Below, piece by piece: positions 20,000 to 31,402 of a stretch of DNA of 64,000 nt. This DNA comes from an uncultured Candidatus Saccharibacteria bacterium (GTDB lineage Bacteria; Patescibacteriota; Minisyncoccia; Phycocordibacterales; UBA9973). Location of the stretch: assembly GCA_964426555.1 (NCBI GenBank), contig CAYRQJ010000002.1:29556-93555 (forward strand), read 5' to 3'. The stretch's first letter is position 1; each line of letters begins with the position of its first letter. Below the pieces are notes generated by a model. It worked only from the letters and a program-made list of their open reading frames with translations, had not been told where the DNA came from and ran no database searches. The position numbers and the translations under genes are program-made.

Positions 20000-20980
20000 A
20001 TGGCCAAAATTACAATAAAAGATATAAAAGTAAAACCTAAGAATGGTATAAATAAACAGGTAGTAATTAGAACATCGCAAACAGAGCCTCAAACTAATAA
20101 AGTTCAAAAATCTATAGAAAAAGAAAAACCCGTAAATGATTTAATAAAAAGCAGTTTTTCTAATAATGACGATACAGAATTTGAAAATTATAAAAAAATA
20201 CAAAAAACTTTAAATAAAACAAATAGAAAGCTGACTAAGTTTTTGGTTATTTTGTTTATCAGCATTTTATTTGTTGTGTTTGGTTTGTATTTTTTTACAA
20301 ATACGTATTTGACTATATCTCCTAAAAAAACAAAGATAAATGTCATATATACCATAAATCACTCGAACTGGAATTATCCAATAAAAGCACAAGTAATGGT
20401 TGTTAGCGATACAGTGTCGAATATAAATGAGTCAATACTTGAACAAGAAAAGGAAAAAATTACTACAAATTTAAATTCTCAAAAAGTATTTAATGCACCC
20501 AAAGGTTATTTAAATTATTCTGGGTGTTCCAGTGGTATTACTTTTTCAACTGAAATATTAGACGAGAAAACAAAAACATTAAATCTAACAGGTACTGAGT
20601 CTTTAATAATTATCGAGAAGCAAAGCCTATTTAATTATATATATAAACAAGGGAACTACGCTGATTCAAATATTAAAGATATCTCTGGATTAAAATGTTC
20701 ATTAAATTCAAACATAACATCTTACAAACAAGGAGTAGCCGCTAATGGGTTATCTTACAACATTACAGGGGAAATAATTTTTGAAAAAAAGATAGAAGAA
20801 GATAAATTTAAAAATTTAATTTCAGGAAATAAAAGAACTAGAATTTTAAATGAATTAAAACTAAATCAAAATATTCAAGAGTATAATTTTGTTTCAAAAC
20901 CTTTAAATTTTATGATGATTTTCCCTAAAAAGGTAAACCAAATTCATATTATTTATAGAGAATCCACAATAATTAATTAA
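20000..20980 (+). CDS. Hypothetical single-pass membrane protein
   Basis: 326-aa ORF, basic N-terminus, one TM (~aa 80-100); coupled to the upstream gene. Confidence 0.55.
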   Translation: MAKITIKDIKVKPKNGINKQVVIRTSQTEPQTNKVQKSIEKEKPVNDLIKSSFSNNDDTEFENYKKIQKTLNKTNRKLTKFLVILFISILFVVFGLYFFTNTYLTISPKKTKINVIYTINHSNWNYPIKAQVMVVSDTVSNINESILEQEKEKITTNLNSQKVFNAPKGYLNYSGCSSGITFSTEILDEKTKTLNLTGTESLIIIEKQSLFNYIYKQGNYADSNIKDISGLKCSLNSNITSYKQGVAANGLSYNITGEIIFEKKIEEDKFKNLISGNKRTRILNELKLNQNIQEYNFVSKPLNFMMIFPKKVNQIHIIYRESTIIN

Positions 20981-20984
20981 TTAA

Positions 20985-21497
20985 TTAATTTTGGTTTTTT
21001 ACAAACTCAGCTTCAGTTTCTGGGTCAATATTTTCACTTACTATTATCATTAGTTCTGTTGTTAAACCAAGATCTCTTTTGATGTTGTAAAACATATGTT
21101 CAAAAGGGTAGGGTGATACCCAAACAGAATTTTTAATACAAATAAAACCAGCTTTTTTTAATAAATAACGTAATGATTCTCTTTCGTTTTTACGATTTTC
21201 AGGTAAATCAAGTAATATTATTCGCCATTTACCATCCCAAGTTGTGCTAATTGTCTCTCCACTATCCAGTTTAATACTCATAGCCTTTTTCTTACCTTGC
21301 TTTGTAAGCCTTGTGTATTCATTTTGACCAGAATGTATGCGTTCTATTAAACCAGCCTCTTCCAGGCCCTTTATAGAGCGAATAATTGCATATTTAGACT
21401 TACCTGAACCGTCTCTTGTTAGCTCATTTAAAGAAACTACTGGCTTTTCCGTTAGTATTTTTATGATTTTATTTGAATTATTTGGACTTTTGGCCAT
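20985..21497 (-). CDS. PaaX-family regulator (winged HTH plus Cas2-like ferredoxin domain)
   Basis: RLTKQGKK, WDGKWRIILLDLPE..R..LR..LKKAGF..IKNSVWVSPY; start at internal ATG. Confidence 0.8.
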   Translation of the reverse strand: MAKSPNNSNKIIKILTEKPVVSLNELTRDGSGKSKYAIIRSIKGLEEAGLIERIHSGQNEYTRLTKQGKKKAMSIKLDSGETISTTWDGKWRIILLDLPENRKNERESLRYLLKKAGFICIKNSVWVSPYPFEHMFYNIKRDLGLTTELMIIVSENIDPETEAEFVKNQN

Positions 21498-21617
21498 ATA
21501 GTGCAAGATACTACACAATTGTATTTTTTACAAGTATTTCGTGACCGCTAAATACTTGCATAAATTCATAATTTGTATATAATACATTGCATACAAGTAG
21601 TAAATTTATAAAATATT

Positions 21618-23510
21618 ATGTCAAAAATCATTGGTATCGATCTTGGTACAACAAATAGCGCAGTTTCTATAATTGAAGCTGGTCAGCCTAAGATAATCGA
21701 AAATATCGAAGGTAACAGAACTACACCTTCTATTGTTGCTCAAAACAAAACTGGAGAAAGACTGGTTGGTCTTTTAGCTAAAAGACAAGCAGTAACAAAC
21801 CCTGAAAATACTATTTTCGGAATCAAAAGATTCATGGGGCACAATTTTAGTGACCCAGAAATAATGAAATCTGTTGGAAATCTTCCTTATAAAATTAGTG
21901 AAGGTAAGGATGGTGGAGTAGAAGTTGCTCTTAATGGAGTAGCTACTAGACCTGAAGAAATTTCAGCAATGATATTGTCAAAAATCAAAGCAGATGTTGA
22001 AGCTAAATTAGGCGAAAAAGTTACAGAAGCGGTTATTACTGTTCCTGCATATTTTAATGATGCTCAAAGAAAAGCTACAGTTGATGCTGGTAAAATTGCA
22101 GGGCTTGATGTAAAGCGAATAATTAATGAACCAACAGCAGCAGCGTTAGCTTATGGTTTTAATAAAAAAACAAATGAAAAAATTGCAGTCTATGACTTTG
22201 GAGGTGGAACATTTGATGTATCAATTCTTGAAATTGGAGATGATGTTATTGAAGTAAAATCTACCGATGGTGATTCACATATGGGCGGTGAAGATATCGA
22301 CCATAAAATAATTTCATTCATTGCAGACGAATATAAAAAAGAAAGTGGTATTGATGTAACAAAAGATACACTAGCTCTACAAAGACTTAAAGAAGCAGCG
22401 GAAAAAGCAAAGCATGAATTATCTACTACTAACGAAACTGAAATAAATATTCCATTTATTACATCTGATGCAAATGGCCCTAAACATTTATTACTTAAAA
22501 TTACCCGTGCTAAATTAGAAGAACTAGCTGCTGAATATATAAACCGCTCAATTGAAATTACAAAAAGAGCAATAGAAGCTAGTGGTATTAAAGCTAGTGA
22601 AATTGATGAAATTATTCTTGTAGGAGGACAAACCAGAATGCCTAGAATAATTGAAGCAGTTAAAGATTTGTTTGGTAAAGAACCAAATAGATCTATTAAC
22701 CCAGATGAAGTTGTGGCTTTGGGGGCTGCTGTTCAAGGTGGGGTTTTGCAAGGTGAAGTTAGAGATGTATTACTTTTAGATGTTATTCCACTATCACTGG
22801 GTATTGAAACACTAGGAGGTGTTGCAACAAAATTAATCGAAAGAAACACAACAATTCCTGCAACAAAATCTCAAATATTCTCTACTGCTGGTGATAACCA
22901 AACATCGGTTGAAATTCATATTGTTCAAGGAGAAAGACAAATGGCACAAGACAATAAACCACTGGGAAGATTTATTCTAGATGGAATTCCACCAGCTCCA
23001 CGTGGAATGCCACAAATTGAAGTTAGCTTTGATGTTGATGCAAATGGAATACTTAGTGTAAAAGCTAAAGATAAAGCTTCTGGAAAAGAACAAAGTATTC
23101 GTATTGAAGCTAGTTCTGGATTAACTGATTCTGAAATTGAAAAAATGAGAAAAGACGCAGAATTATATGCTGAAGAAGATGCAAAGTTAAAAGAGCTTGT
23201 TGATGTAAAAAATACTGCAGAAATGCTTGTTTATACTGCAGAAAAATCTTTAAAAGATGCTGAAGGCAAGATAAGTGAAGAAATAAAAAAATCAGTTGAA
23301 GATGCTATCGGTGAATTAAAAACAGTAAAAGACAATGGATCTATCGAAGAAATTAAATCTAAAACTGAAGCATTAAGCAGTGTTTTGTCTAAAATTGGAG
23401 AAGAAATGAATAAAGCAAATCCTGAAAATAATAATTCTACAGAAAACCAAGAGAATGTAAAAGAAGCAGATTTTGAAGAAAAAAATACAAACAATGAAAA
23501 ATCTGAATAA
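21618..23510 (+). CDS. dnaK: Chaperone DnaK
   Basis: [36 protein letters not shown]. Confidence 0.98.
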   Translation: MSKIIGIDLGTTNSAVSIIEAGQPKIIENIEGNRTTPSIVAQNKTGERLVGLLAKRQAVTNPENTIFGIKRFMGHNFSDPEIMKSVGNLPYKISEGKDGGVEVALNGVATRPEEISAMILSKIKADVEAKLGEKVTEAVITVPAYFNDAQRKATVDAGKIAGLDVKRIINEPTAAALAYGFNKKTNEKIAVYDFGGGTFDVSILEIGDDVIEVKSTDGDSHMGGEDIDHKIISFIADEYKKESGIDVTKDTLALQRLKEAAEKAKHELSTTNETEINIPFITSDANGPKHLLLKITRAKLEELAAEYINRSIEITKRAIEASGIKASEIDEIILVGGQTRMPRIIEAVKDLFGKEPNRSINPDEVVALGAAVQGGVLQGEVRDVLLLDVIPLSLGIETLGGVATKLIERNTTIPATKSQIFSTAGDNQTSVEIHIVQGERQMAQDNKPLGRFILDGIPPAPRGMPQIEVSFDVDANGILSVKAKDKASGKEQSIRIEASSGLTDSEIEKMRKDAELYAEEDAKLKELVDVKNTAEMLVYTAEKSLKDAEGKISEEIKKSVEDAIGELKTVKDNGSIEEIKSKTEALSSVLSKIGEEMNKANPENNNSTENQENVKEADFEEKNTNNEKSE

Positions 23511-24069
23511 GAAAAGTACCAGACATGTTTCTGTTAAATATAAAAAAGATATAATTAAATCTGATAAAAAAGACCAGTCTCTTCGTGGTGTCTTAAATAA
23601 AATAAAAGACAAACAAAATGCCTGTGTAATTATACTGGACGAATTAACCGATGTTCATAATGTCGGAGCGATAATTCGTTCAGCTGTAGCTACTGATGCT
23701 GATGCTATTGTTGTTAGTAAGCACAACCAAGCTCCAATTAACGATACTGTAATTAAAACTTCGGCTAATACTGCCCATATGATTACTGTCGTAGAGAGTA
23801 ATGTAAATGAAGCTATTAGAACACTAAAAGAAAATGGTTTTTGGGTACATGGTTTGTTTATGGATGGTGAAAGTAATCTTTGGCAAAGTGATTTAAAAGG
23901 CAAGGTTGCAATTGTTGTTGGGTCAGAAGGTGAAGGTATACATGTTTCAACTCGTAAATTATGTGATTTTTCTTTAGCTATACCAATGAACAAAAGTGTA
24001 GAATCATTAAATGCATCCGTTAGTGCTGCTGTTGCAATGTATGAAAGACTAAGACAAATAAATAATTAA
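23494..24069 (+). CDS. SPOUT/TrmH-family RNA methyltransferase (RlmB-like catalytic domain)
   Basis: [37 protein letters not shown]. Confidence 0.88.
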   Translation: MKNLNKKSTRHVSVKYKKDIIKSDKKDQSLRGVLNKIKDKQNACVIILDELTDVHNVGAIIRSAVATDADAIVVSKHNQAPINDTVIKTSANTAHMITVVESNVNEAIRTLKENGFWVHGLFMDGESNLWQSDLKGKVAIVVGSEGEGIHVSTRKLCDFSLAIPMNKSVESLNASVSAAVAMYERLRQINN

Positions 24070-24070
24070 T

Positions 24071-24940
24071 ATGGCCTCAAAAGATTATTATGAAATATTG
24101 GGGGTAAATAAAGGTGCAAGTAAAGATGAAATCAAAAAAGCTTTTCATAAGCTTGCACACAAATACCATCCTGATAAAAACAAAGGTGATGATACTAAAT
24201 TCAAAGAAGTAAACGAAGCTTATCAAATCCTATCAGACGATAATAAGCGTTCAAGTTATGACCAGTTTGGCAGTGCTGATGGCGCACAAGGCTTTGGTGG
24301 ATTTGGCGGTGGGCAATCTGGAGGCTTTGGAGGTTTTGATTTTTCTGGGTTTGGTGGTAACCAAGCTGGATTTGATATGGGAGATTTGGGTGATATTTTT
24401 GGTGACTTTTTTGGATCAGGTAGACAATCTAATGCTCAAAGACAAAAAAAGGGGCGCGATATTGTAACTGAATTAAACATTCAATTAAGCGAATTAATCT
24501 TGGGTTCTAAAAAAGAAATTCGTATTAAAAAACTTTCAAAATGTGATACATGTAGTGGTAATGGTGGAGCAAAAGGTGAAAAAGAAATTACATGCGACAA
24601 ATGTTCTGGTAAAGGTAGACTTGTTCGCATTAGAAAAACGATACTTGGAGCAATACAAGAAGCTTACGAATGTGATAAATGTGATGGCGAAGGTAGTATT
24701 GTTAAACATAAATGTAATACTTGTCATGGTTCTGGAAGTATCCAAAAAGAAGCAGAATTTAGTGTAAACATTCCAGCTGGAAGTAATAACGGCGATACAC
24801 TGAGACTGTCTGACGCTGGTGAATATATCAAACGCGGAATAAATGGAGATTTGTACATTAAACTTAGACTTGATTTCCCTCGTAAATTAAACGAAAAACA
24901 AAAGAAAGCACTAGAAGAATTACAGCGAGAAGGTCTGTAA
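24071..24940 (+). CDS. dnaJ: Chaperone DnaJ (short C-terminal region)
   Basis: J domain with HPD, G/F-rich linker, four CxxCxGxG repeats. Confidence 0.93.
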   Translation: MASKDYYEILGVNKGASKDEIKKAFHKLAHKYHPDKNKGDDTKFKEVNEAYQILSDDNKRSSYDQFGSADGAQGFGGFGGGQSGGFGGFDFSGFGGNQAGFDMGDLGDIFGDFFGSGRQSNAQRQKKGRDIVTELNIQLSELILGSKKEIRIKKLSKCDTCSGNGGAKGEKEITCDKCSGKGRLVRIRKTILGAIQEAYECDKCDGEGSIVKHKCNTCHGSGSIQKEAEFSVNIPAGSNNGDTLRLSDAGEYIKRGINGDLYIKLRLDFPRKLNEKQKKALEELQREGL

Positions 24941-24970
24941 TTAACTTTTTCATGTTATAATATATTTGTT

Positions 24971-25972
24971 ATGAAAAGTTTTTTATTAAAAATAATTATA
25001 CTAAGTTTGATCTTTGTAGGTTTTTTTAAATACAAAACTGAAATATTAAACCGCGCAAAGCCAGTCATAGATCATTATCGAAATATAATTTCTTCTGTAT
25101 TGCCAAATTCTAATAATTCTATTACTGGTCCGTGTGATGAACCAATTTATTATAATTTGGGTATTATTGATGCTAAATTTAATTTAGAAGATAAATATGT
25201 ATTGGCTGCATTAATTGAAGCTGAGTCTGTATGGGAAAAGGCAATAAATAAAAATTTATTTGAATACAATCAAAACCAAGAAAACCCAATGAAAATTAAT
25301 TTTCTTTATGATTATAGGCAAGAAGCCAGTAATACTATGGCTAAAATTGGCATCAAGGTGGAACAAACCCAAGATTCTTATAATGAAGTTAAAGCCAAGT
25401 ATTTTTCTTTAAAACAAGAATACTATTCTCTAAAAATAACATACGACAAAAAATTAAGTTCTTTTAATAAAAAAAATAAAGACTTGCAGGCGCAAATTAA
25501 TATATGGAATAGCAAAGGTGGTGCTCCAAAAGAAGAATATGATAAATTAATAAAAATTCAACAAGAACTAACTAAAGAATTCAATGAAATTAGTTTACTT
25601 GGTCAAAAAATTAATACACTAGTAATTAATGTTAACTCACTAGCAACAACTCTTAACTCTTTAGCCAATGTATTAAATATTAATGTTGGTGAATACAATA
25701 AAATCGGTCAAAGTTTAGGAACATCTTACGAAGAAGGTCTATACAAAAGCAATGGGCTAACTTCGTCTATTGATATTTATGAATTTAAAAATCATGATCA
25801 ATTAGTTAAAATTTTAACTCACGAACTGGGCCACGCATTAGGTTTTGAGCATGTAGAAGACACAAAAGCTGTGATGTATAAAATAAACAATAGTAATAGT
25901 TTAGTTTTAAGCCAATCTGATATATCACTTTTAAATACAAAATGTAGCTTGGGTATTAACATTGCTAAATAA
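24971..25972 (+). CDS. Matrixin-like (M10) zinc metalloprotease with coiled-coil insert
   Basis: HELGHALGFEH plus AVM Met-turn; N-terminal anchor. Confidence 0.8.
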   Translation: MKSFLLKIIILSLIFVGFFKYKTEILNRAKPVIDHYRNIISSVLPNSNNSITGPCDEPIYYNLGIIDAKFNLEDKYVLAALIEAESVWEKAINKNLFEYNQNQENPMKINFLYDYRQEASNTMAKIGIKVEQTQDSYNEVKAKYFSLKQEYYSLKITYDKKLSSFNKKNKDLQAQINIWNSKGGAPKEEYDKLIKIQQELTKEFNEISLLGQKINTLVINVNSLATTLNSLANVLNINVGEYNKIGQSLGTSYEEGLYKSNGLTSSIDIYEFKNHDQLVKILTHELGHALGFEHVEDTKAVMYKINNSNSLVLSQSDISLLNTKCSLGINIAK

Positions 25973-25976
25973 ATTT

Positions 25977-27224
25977 ATGAAATTTGATTACGATGTTATT
26001 GTTATTGGTGGAGGTGCAAGTGGAATGATGGCGGGAATTTTTGCCGCAAAAAACAAAAAGAAAGTTTTAATTATTGAAAAAAATAATGTTTTAGGTAAAA
26101 AACTAAGCATATCCGGAGGAGGACGATGCAACATCACAAATAACGAAGAAGATCTTCAAAAATTCTTAAAGCATTATAGTAAAGTAAAAGGAACTGAGCA
26201 GTATTTATATTCGGCTTTTTCTAAATTCGATAAAAATGATTCATTTGATTTTTTTACAAAAAATGGGTTGCCTTTGGTAGTTGAAGCAAACAAAAGAGCT
26301 TTTCCGGCATCACACAAAGCAGAAGATGTAGTAAGTTTAATGGTAAAAATGTTAAAAGAACTTAATGTTTTGATACTAACCAATAGCTCTGTATCAAACA
26401 TAGAAGAAATAGATAATAAAATTGTATCAGTTACAGCTGGCGGTAAAACAATAACTGCGAATAGTTATATTTTAGCAACCGGGGGTCTTTCTCATCCTGA
26501 AACTGGGTCAACAGGGGATGGTTTTAAATGGCTTACATATTTGAGACACACTGTTAAAGACCCAACACCATCGATTGTGCCATTATCGGTAAAAGAAAAA
26601 TACATAAAAGAAATGACTGGGGTAACAGCTGAGAATATAAAAATTACTTTTTATGTTGACGAAAAAAAGTCATTTAGTAAAAAAGGGAACATCTTGTTTA
26701 CTCATTTTGGTGTCTCTGGGCCAATGATATTAAACAGCGCAAGTAAAGTTTCAGATTTATTAATCGAAGGAATTGTAACTGCAAAAATTGACCTTTATCC
26801 CAGTTTAGATATTGGTAGTCTTGATCAAAAAATTATTCAAATATTTGATAATAATAAAAATAAATTATTTAAAAATGTATTACCCGAATGTGTACAAACT
26901 GGTATGGCAAAGTCTTTAATAAAAATTAGTGGTATTGATCCTGAAATTAAAGTACACAGTATTAGTAAAATTGACCGTCGCAAATTTGTGGATTTATTAA
27001 AATCTTTAACTTTTACAATAAACGGTTTGATGGGGTACGACCGTGCAGTAGTAGCTGATGGTGGAATAAATTTAAATGAAATTGATATGAGAACAATGAG
27101 ATCTAAAATTATAGACAATCTTTATGTAACAGGGGATTTACTGGATATTAACCGCCCATCCGGAGGTTTTTCCTTGCAACTTTGTTGGACTACAGGCTAT
27201 GTCGCCGGAGTAAATGCCAAATAA
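25977..27224 (+). CDS. HI0933/BaiN-family flavoprotein
   Basis: IGGGASG, SGGGRCNITN, LATGG.SHPETGSTGDG, LFTHFGVSGP. Confidence 0.9.
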   Translation: MKFDYDVIVIGGGASGMMAGIFAAKNKKKVLIIEKNNVLGKKLSISGGGRCNITNNEEDLQKFLKHYSKVKGTEQYLYSAFSKFDKNDSFDFFTKNGLPLVVEANKRAFPASHKAEDVVSLMVKMLKELNVLILTNSSVSNIEEIDNKIVSVTAGGKTITANSYILATGGLSHPETGSTGDGFKWLTYLRHTVKDPTPSIVPLSVKEKYIKEMTGVTAENIKITFYVDEKKSFSKKGNILFTHFGVSGPMILNSASKVSDLLIEGIVTAKIDLYPSLDIGSLDQKIIQIFDNNKNKLFKNVLPECVQTGMAKSLIKISGIDPEIKVHSISKIDRRKFVDLLKSLTFTINGLMGYDRAVVADGGINLNEIDMRTMRSKIIDNLYVTGDLLDINRPSGGFSLQLCWTTGYVAGVNAK

Positions 27225-27228
27225 ACCT

Positions 27229-28620
27229 TTATTTTAAAGGATTTATTGCAACAATAGATGAATCTTTAGTGTCAATAACAATATAACCATTGGAATTTAG
27301 GGTCTCACGAAGCTCATCACTTTTATTGTAATCTTTGCTTATTCTCGCGTTACTTCTTTCTGTAATTAATGCTTGAATATTTTCAGGAATAGTTTTATCT
27401 AGTCTGTAATATTCATTAAAACCAAGACCAAGAACTGAATCTATATTTAGAATTGTATTTAATTTTTCTTGTTCAGCTATATTCTCGTCGTCAAATATTG
27501 CAATAAATGTAGCAATAGCTTCAGCGGAATTTAGATTATTATTTAATGAATTTTTAATTTTAGATAAATAATCTTGATTTATTATATTACTGTCAGTATT
27601 AATTGTATTATTAATTAGTATTACAAATTTTTCATACATTCTTATTAATGATGTTTCGGCAGCGGAAACAGCATCCCAAGTAAAGTTGGCTTGAGTTTGG
27701 TAATGTGTACCATACAAAAATAATTTATACGCAAGAGATGAAATAGATTTAGATTTTAAATCATCAAGCATTAAGAAATTGCCATCCCTTTTTGCCATTT
27801 TTTTACCGTCAATTAATAAATGTTCACAATGTAAAAAATAGTTTGAAAAAATTGCATCATTTGCACATTCAGACTGCGCAATTTCATTTTCGTGATGGGG
27901 AAACATATTGTCTACACCACCAGTATGAATATCTATAGTAGTACCTAAAAATTCTTGCGCCATAGCACTACATTCAATATGCCAACCAGGACGGCCTTTA
28001 CCCCAAGGTGAATTCCAAAAAATTGTTCCGTCAGTTTCATCGTAAGCTTTCCATAAAGCAAAATCTTGAATACTGTCCAATTCGTATTCATCATTATTCA
28101 TACGACCAGATGCATTTTGTTTCAAGCTATCTTTATCCAGTGCAACTAATTTACCGTAATTTTTATCTTGGTCTACTTTAAAATAAACACTGCCATCATG
28201 TGCTAAATAAGCAAAACCTTTCGCAATTAATGCAGTAATGATTTCTATCATTGTAGGAATACTGTTTGTAGCACGAGGATATAGTTCTGCAGGTAATAGG
28301 TTTAAACTTTCTCTACCACTATAAAAATCTAATTCGTATTTTGTTGTTAATTCTTTCAAACTAATACCCAGTTCATTTGCAGATTTTATAGTCTTATCAT
28401 CTACATCGGTTAAATTTATTACTTGTTTTACTTTAAAATCATTTAAAATCAAAACTCGTTTTAGCAAATCAGCAAAAATATAAGATCTATAATTACCAAG
28501 ATGAGGATAGTTATAAACCGTAGGGCCACATGTGTACATTAAAACTGACCCATCTAAATTAATAGGATTAAATGCTTCATTTTTTTTAGTTAATGAATTG
28601 TATAGTTCTAAAGAAGCCAT
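27229..28620 (-). CDS. cysS: Cysteine--tRNA ligase
   Basis: CGPTVY, HLGN, DFALWK, GRPGWHIECS, FPHHENEIAQ, KMAKR. Confidence 0.96.
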   Translation of the reverse strand: MASLELYNSLTKKNEAFNPINLDGSVLMYTCGPTVYNYPHLGNYRSYIFADLLKRVLILNDFKVKQVINLTDVDDKTIKSANELGISLKELTTKYELDFYSGRESLNLLPAELYPRATNSIPTMIEIITALIAKGFAYLAHDGSVYFKVDQDKNYGKLVALDKDSLKQNASGRMNNDEYELDSIQDFALWKAYDETDGTIFWNSPWGKGRPGWHIECSAMAQEFLGTTIDIHTGGVDNMFPHHENEIAQSECANDAIFSNYFLHCEHLLIDGKKMAKRDGNFLMLDDLKSKSISSLAYKLFLYGTHYQTQANFTWDAVSAAETSLIRMYEKFVILINNTINTDSNIINQDYLSKIKNSLNNNLNSAEAIATFIAIFDDENIAEQEKLNTILNIDSVLGLGFNEYYRLDKTIPENIQALITERSNARISKDYNKSDELRETLNSNGYIVIDTKDSSIVAINPLK

Positions 28621-29519
28621 TTTTTGTGCTTGAAATGAAGAATAATCAAAGTTCCAATTAATAATAGCGACACTGCTATGTATATAAATTGTTCAGGGGT
28701 TTCAATAATATGTACATTTGTAATCATAGCTATCATTGTAGCCACCAGTGTTAAAGGGAAAGTAGTAAACGACATAATTGTTAAGATACGCATTGTTTTA
28801 TTTGTCTTTGCAGACAAAAGAGAGTCGTTTGTTTCGCGTAAATCTAGCAATAATTCTTTGTGTCCATCCAATATACTTGAAATTTTATGTAATTCACCAC
28901 GCATAGATTCAATAGATATAGTAAATTCTTCATTAAAAATTTGGACTGTTGGTTTGTCTAATGATTTAAAGATTGCGTCATGAAAACGTAATGCTTGTTT
29001 AAAATCTAAAATTTTTCTATTTACTTCAGAAAGTTCTATTACCATACGGTCTTCGTGACCTTTGTATATTTGTTCTTTAACACCTTCAAGCATTTGATAC
29101 AGGTCATCTAATTTATGATTTGCTTGTTTATAAGATTCATTAATTATAGCTTGGAAAACATGTCCCGCATGTTTAACGGGCAAATTTTTATTTAAAATTA
29201 ATTCTAATTCTAAATTTCTTGTAAAATCGTGTATTGCATTAGAAAATTCATAATGTACCGTAATAAGAAAATCTTTACCGATTATAAAGTCAATCTCAAG
29301 ATCGGGCATTCTTTTTTCATTATGAACTCGGGGAAAATGAAGAACCAAATAAACCATATTTTCATATGTATTTACTTTAGATAAAATAGTTTCAGTCACT
29401 AATTCTTCAGTGAGATATTCTGGGACATTATATTGACTAAGAACATGTAATAATTCATCTTCGGTGGGGGTCTCAAGATCAATCCATGTTACTCCTTGGT
29501 ATTTATATGTTGAAAGCAT
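28608..29519 (-). CDS. CorA-family divalent cation transporter
   Basis: TWIDLETPT, two C-terminal TM helices after MRILTI; signature reads AMI rather than GMN. Confidence 0.8.
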   Translation of the reverse strand: MLSTYKYQGVTWIDLETPTEDELLHVLSQYNVPEYLTEELVTETILSKVNTYENMVYLVLHFPRVHNEKRMPDLEIDFIIGKDFLITVHYEFSNAIHDFTRNLELELILNKNLPVKHAGHVFQAIINESYKQANHKLDDLYQMLEGVKEQIYKGHEDRMVIELSEVNRKILDFKQALRFHDAIFKSLDKPTVQIFNEEFTISIESMRGELHKISSILDGHKELLLDLRETNDSLLSAKTNKTMRILTIMSFTTFPLTLVATMIAMITNVHIIETPEQFIYIAVSLLLIGTLIILHFKHKKWLL

Positions 29520-29622
29520 GAACGTATTATAGCAAACAAATTGCTATTTTGTATATATTTATATTAAAATTAATGTTTGACAATGATCATAAAAATATTG
29601 TATTGTTTTAAAAAACATAGCT

Positions 29623-30006
29623 ATGATTATTATTAGAAAAAATTCGCATTTTGTAAAAGCAGATGTACCAGAAAGAATAAGTATTATCAAATTTCTAATG
29701 CAGAAAAAAAGAGTATTATGTCTGCATAGTAAAAAATCTTTTGCCAAGTATTTAAAAAGTAAATACGCAGAATATTATGGAGATTACATTTCGGATAAAA
29801 CAATCCATGCTGAAATTCGACTTTTTATTTTTATCACAAAATTAAAAGAAGATGGCGAAGGTTCAAGCATAAAAGCCAGATTATACGAATATAGCTCAAA
29901 AGATAAAACTCTTAGAGCTATAAAGCTTTTTGTAAGACCAGAACACCCAAATGGTCTTGAGTTAATAATCCCCTTAAGGGAAATATATAGTTTAACTCTG
30001 TATTAA
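29623..30006 (+). CDS. Hypothetical protein
   Basis: 127-aa ORF followed by a terminator. Confidence 0.5.
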   Translation: MIIIRKNSHFVKADVPERISIIKFLMQKKRVLCLHSKKSFAKYLKSKYAEYYGDYISDKTIHAEIRLFIFITKLKEDGEGSSIKARLYEYSSKDKTLRAIKLFVRPEHPNGLELIIPLREIYSLTLY

Positions 30007-30025
30007 TACAAAAAAAATATTACAT

Positions 30026-30058
30026 AATAGCCTTGGTAAAAAAACCAGGGCTATTTTT
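30026..30058 (+). terminator. Intrinsic terminator
   Basis: AATAGCCTTGGT...ACCAGGGCTATTTTT. Confidence 0.7.
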
Positions 30059-30116
30059 ATACCCTTTACTTTTTTGAATAAATATTGTACTATATTTATA
30101 AATAAAACTTAAAAAT

Positions 30117-30812
30117 ATGAAGAAATTGATCTTAATTATCGTAATGGCAGTATTACCTTTAGAGTACATATCTGCTCAGTGTGGAAACTCACCGGAGTTT
30201 GTAAAAAATCTTACTAATTACAATAAGCTTTATGCTCATGGTGACACCAGTTTTACCTCATCTGCTGAAAGCTTAAAAGTAGATATCGAAAAAATTAAAA
30301 GAGCTATTAAAGCTCTAGAATCAGTCAAAACTGAGGAAGATTACGCAATCATTCTTGTACTGTGGCCTTTTAGTGAAATTGATGATGAAACTAAAATAGA
30401 CTGGCATTTTGAATACGGGGATAGCAGTTATTGGACTTTTAAACATGGAGATTACACATTACACAAAGAAATTAACAGGCTCTATAATTTGTATCTTGAA
30501 AAACTAGCCAAGAATGAATTTACAATAAAAGCCCTGGCTTTTATTAATGACGAATCAAAAAACATTTCAATGGGGGCAACTAAAAAATTTGAAATTGTTC
30601 CAAAATTTACTTTGCGTAAAAAAATTAACGAGTATTCAAATTATGAAATTTATATTCTTGTTCATTTTTGTTATGAAAAAGAGATGGGGGATTTATCTTC
30701 TATCTTAGATGACAAAGAAGCCCTGCGATTAGCTGCAGATAAATTAGTAAAATCTGATTGTTTGTTGTATAAAGAACTGGGGAAAGAAATGCGAGAAGAA
30801 GTAAATCAATAA
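30117..30812 (+). CDS. Hypothetical exported protein
   Basis: Signal peptide MKKLILIIVMAVLPLEYISA-Q. Confidence 0.6.
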   Translation: MKKLILIIVMAVLPLEYISAQCGNSPEFVKNLTNYNKLYAHGDTSFTSSAESLKVDIEKIKRAIKALESVKTEEDYAIILVLWPFSEIDDETKIDWHFEYGDSSYWTFKHGDYTLHKEINRLYNLYLEKLAKNEFTIKALAFINDESKNISMGATKKFEIVPKFTLRKKINEYSNYEIYILVHFCYEKEMGDLSSILDDKEALRLAADKLVKSDCLLYKELGKEMREEVNQ

Positions 30813-30834
30813 AATTGTTTACAACTATAAAATC

Positions 30835-30862
30835 AGAGCCTGCTATTTTAGTAGGCTTTTTT
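30835..30862 (+). terminator. Intrinsic terminator
   Basis: AGAGCCTGCTA-TTT-TAGTAGGCTTTTTT. Confidence 0.7.
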
Positions 30863-30908
30863 ATTTGTAAAATTTAAATAATGATTATATTATTAAAAAA
30901 GATATTTT

Positions 30909-31385
30909 ATGAAAAACACAGAAAAAGCATTTATTTGGATAACTGATATTCTTGAGAAAAAGAGAATCAAATACAAAATATCTGGTGGTTTTGCTGTAAG
31001 AATTTATGGATCAAATCGAGAACTGGCAGATATCGATATCGAGGTTGCAGATGAAGATATTCTATTAGTTAAAAAAGAGGTAGAAGAATATATTATATAT
31101 GGCCCAAAAAGGTATTTAGATGAGGACTGGAACCTTAATCTTATGACACTAAATTATGCAGATCAGGAAATTGACATAGCCGGAATAGATGCAAAGATTT
31201 TTAATAAAAAAACAAAACAATGGGAAAATTTATCAAGTAACTTAGACACAATTGAAATCAAGGAAATTTTTGGTAAAATGGTGCCTATAGAATCACTAAA
31301 GTCTCTAATTAATTATAAAACAAGGCTTGGTAGGGAAGTTGACGTAGATGACATAAAACAACTAAGCTTGCATAAAAAGCCTTAA
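30909..31385 (+). CDS. Nucleotidyltransferase-superfamily protein
   Basis: ISGGFAVRIYG..R.LADIDI motif, third acidic residue in EIDI. Confidence 0.7.
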   Translation: MKNTEKAFIWITDILEKKRIKYKISGGFAVRIYGSNRELADIDIEVADEDILLVKKEVEEYIIYGPKRYLDEDWNLNLMTLNYADQEIDIAGIDAKIFNKKTKQWENLSSNLDTIEIKEIFGKMVPIESLKSLINYKTRLGREVDVDDIKQLSLHKKP

Positions 31386-31402
31386 TATGCTATATTTGCC
31401 CT

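Noticed and set aside
20985-21497. Cas2-like domain suggesting a CRISPR-Cas locus
   Set aside because: It is the PaaX-type HTH fusion; no cas1, other cas genes or repeat-spacer array is visible in the window.
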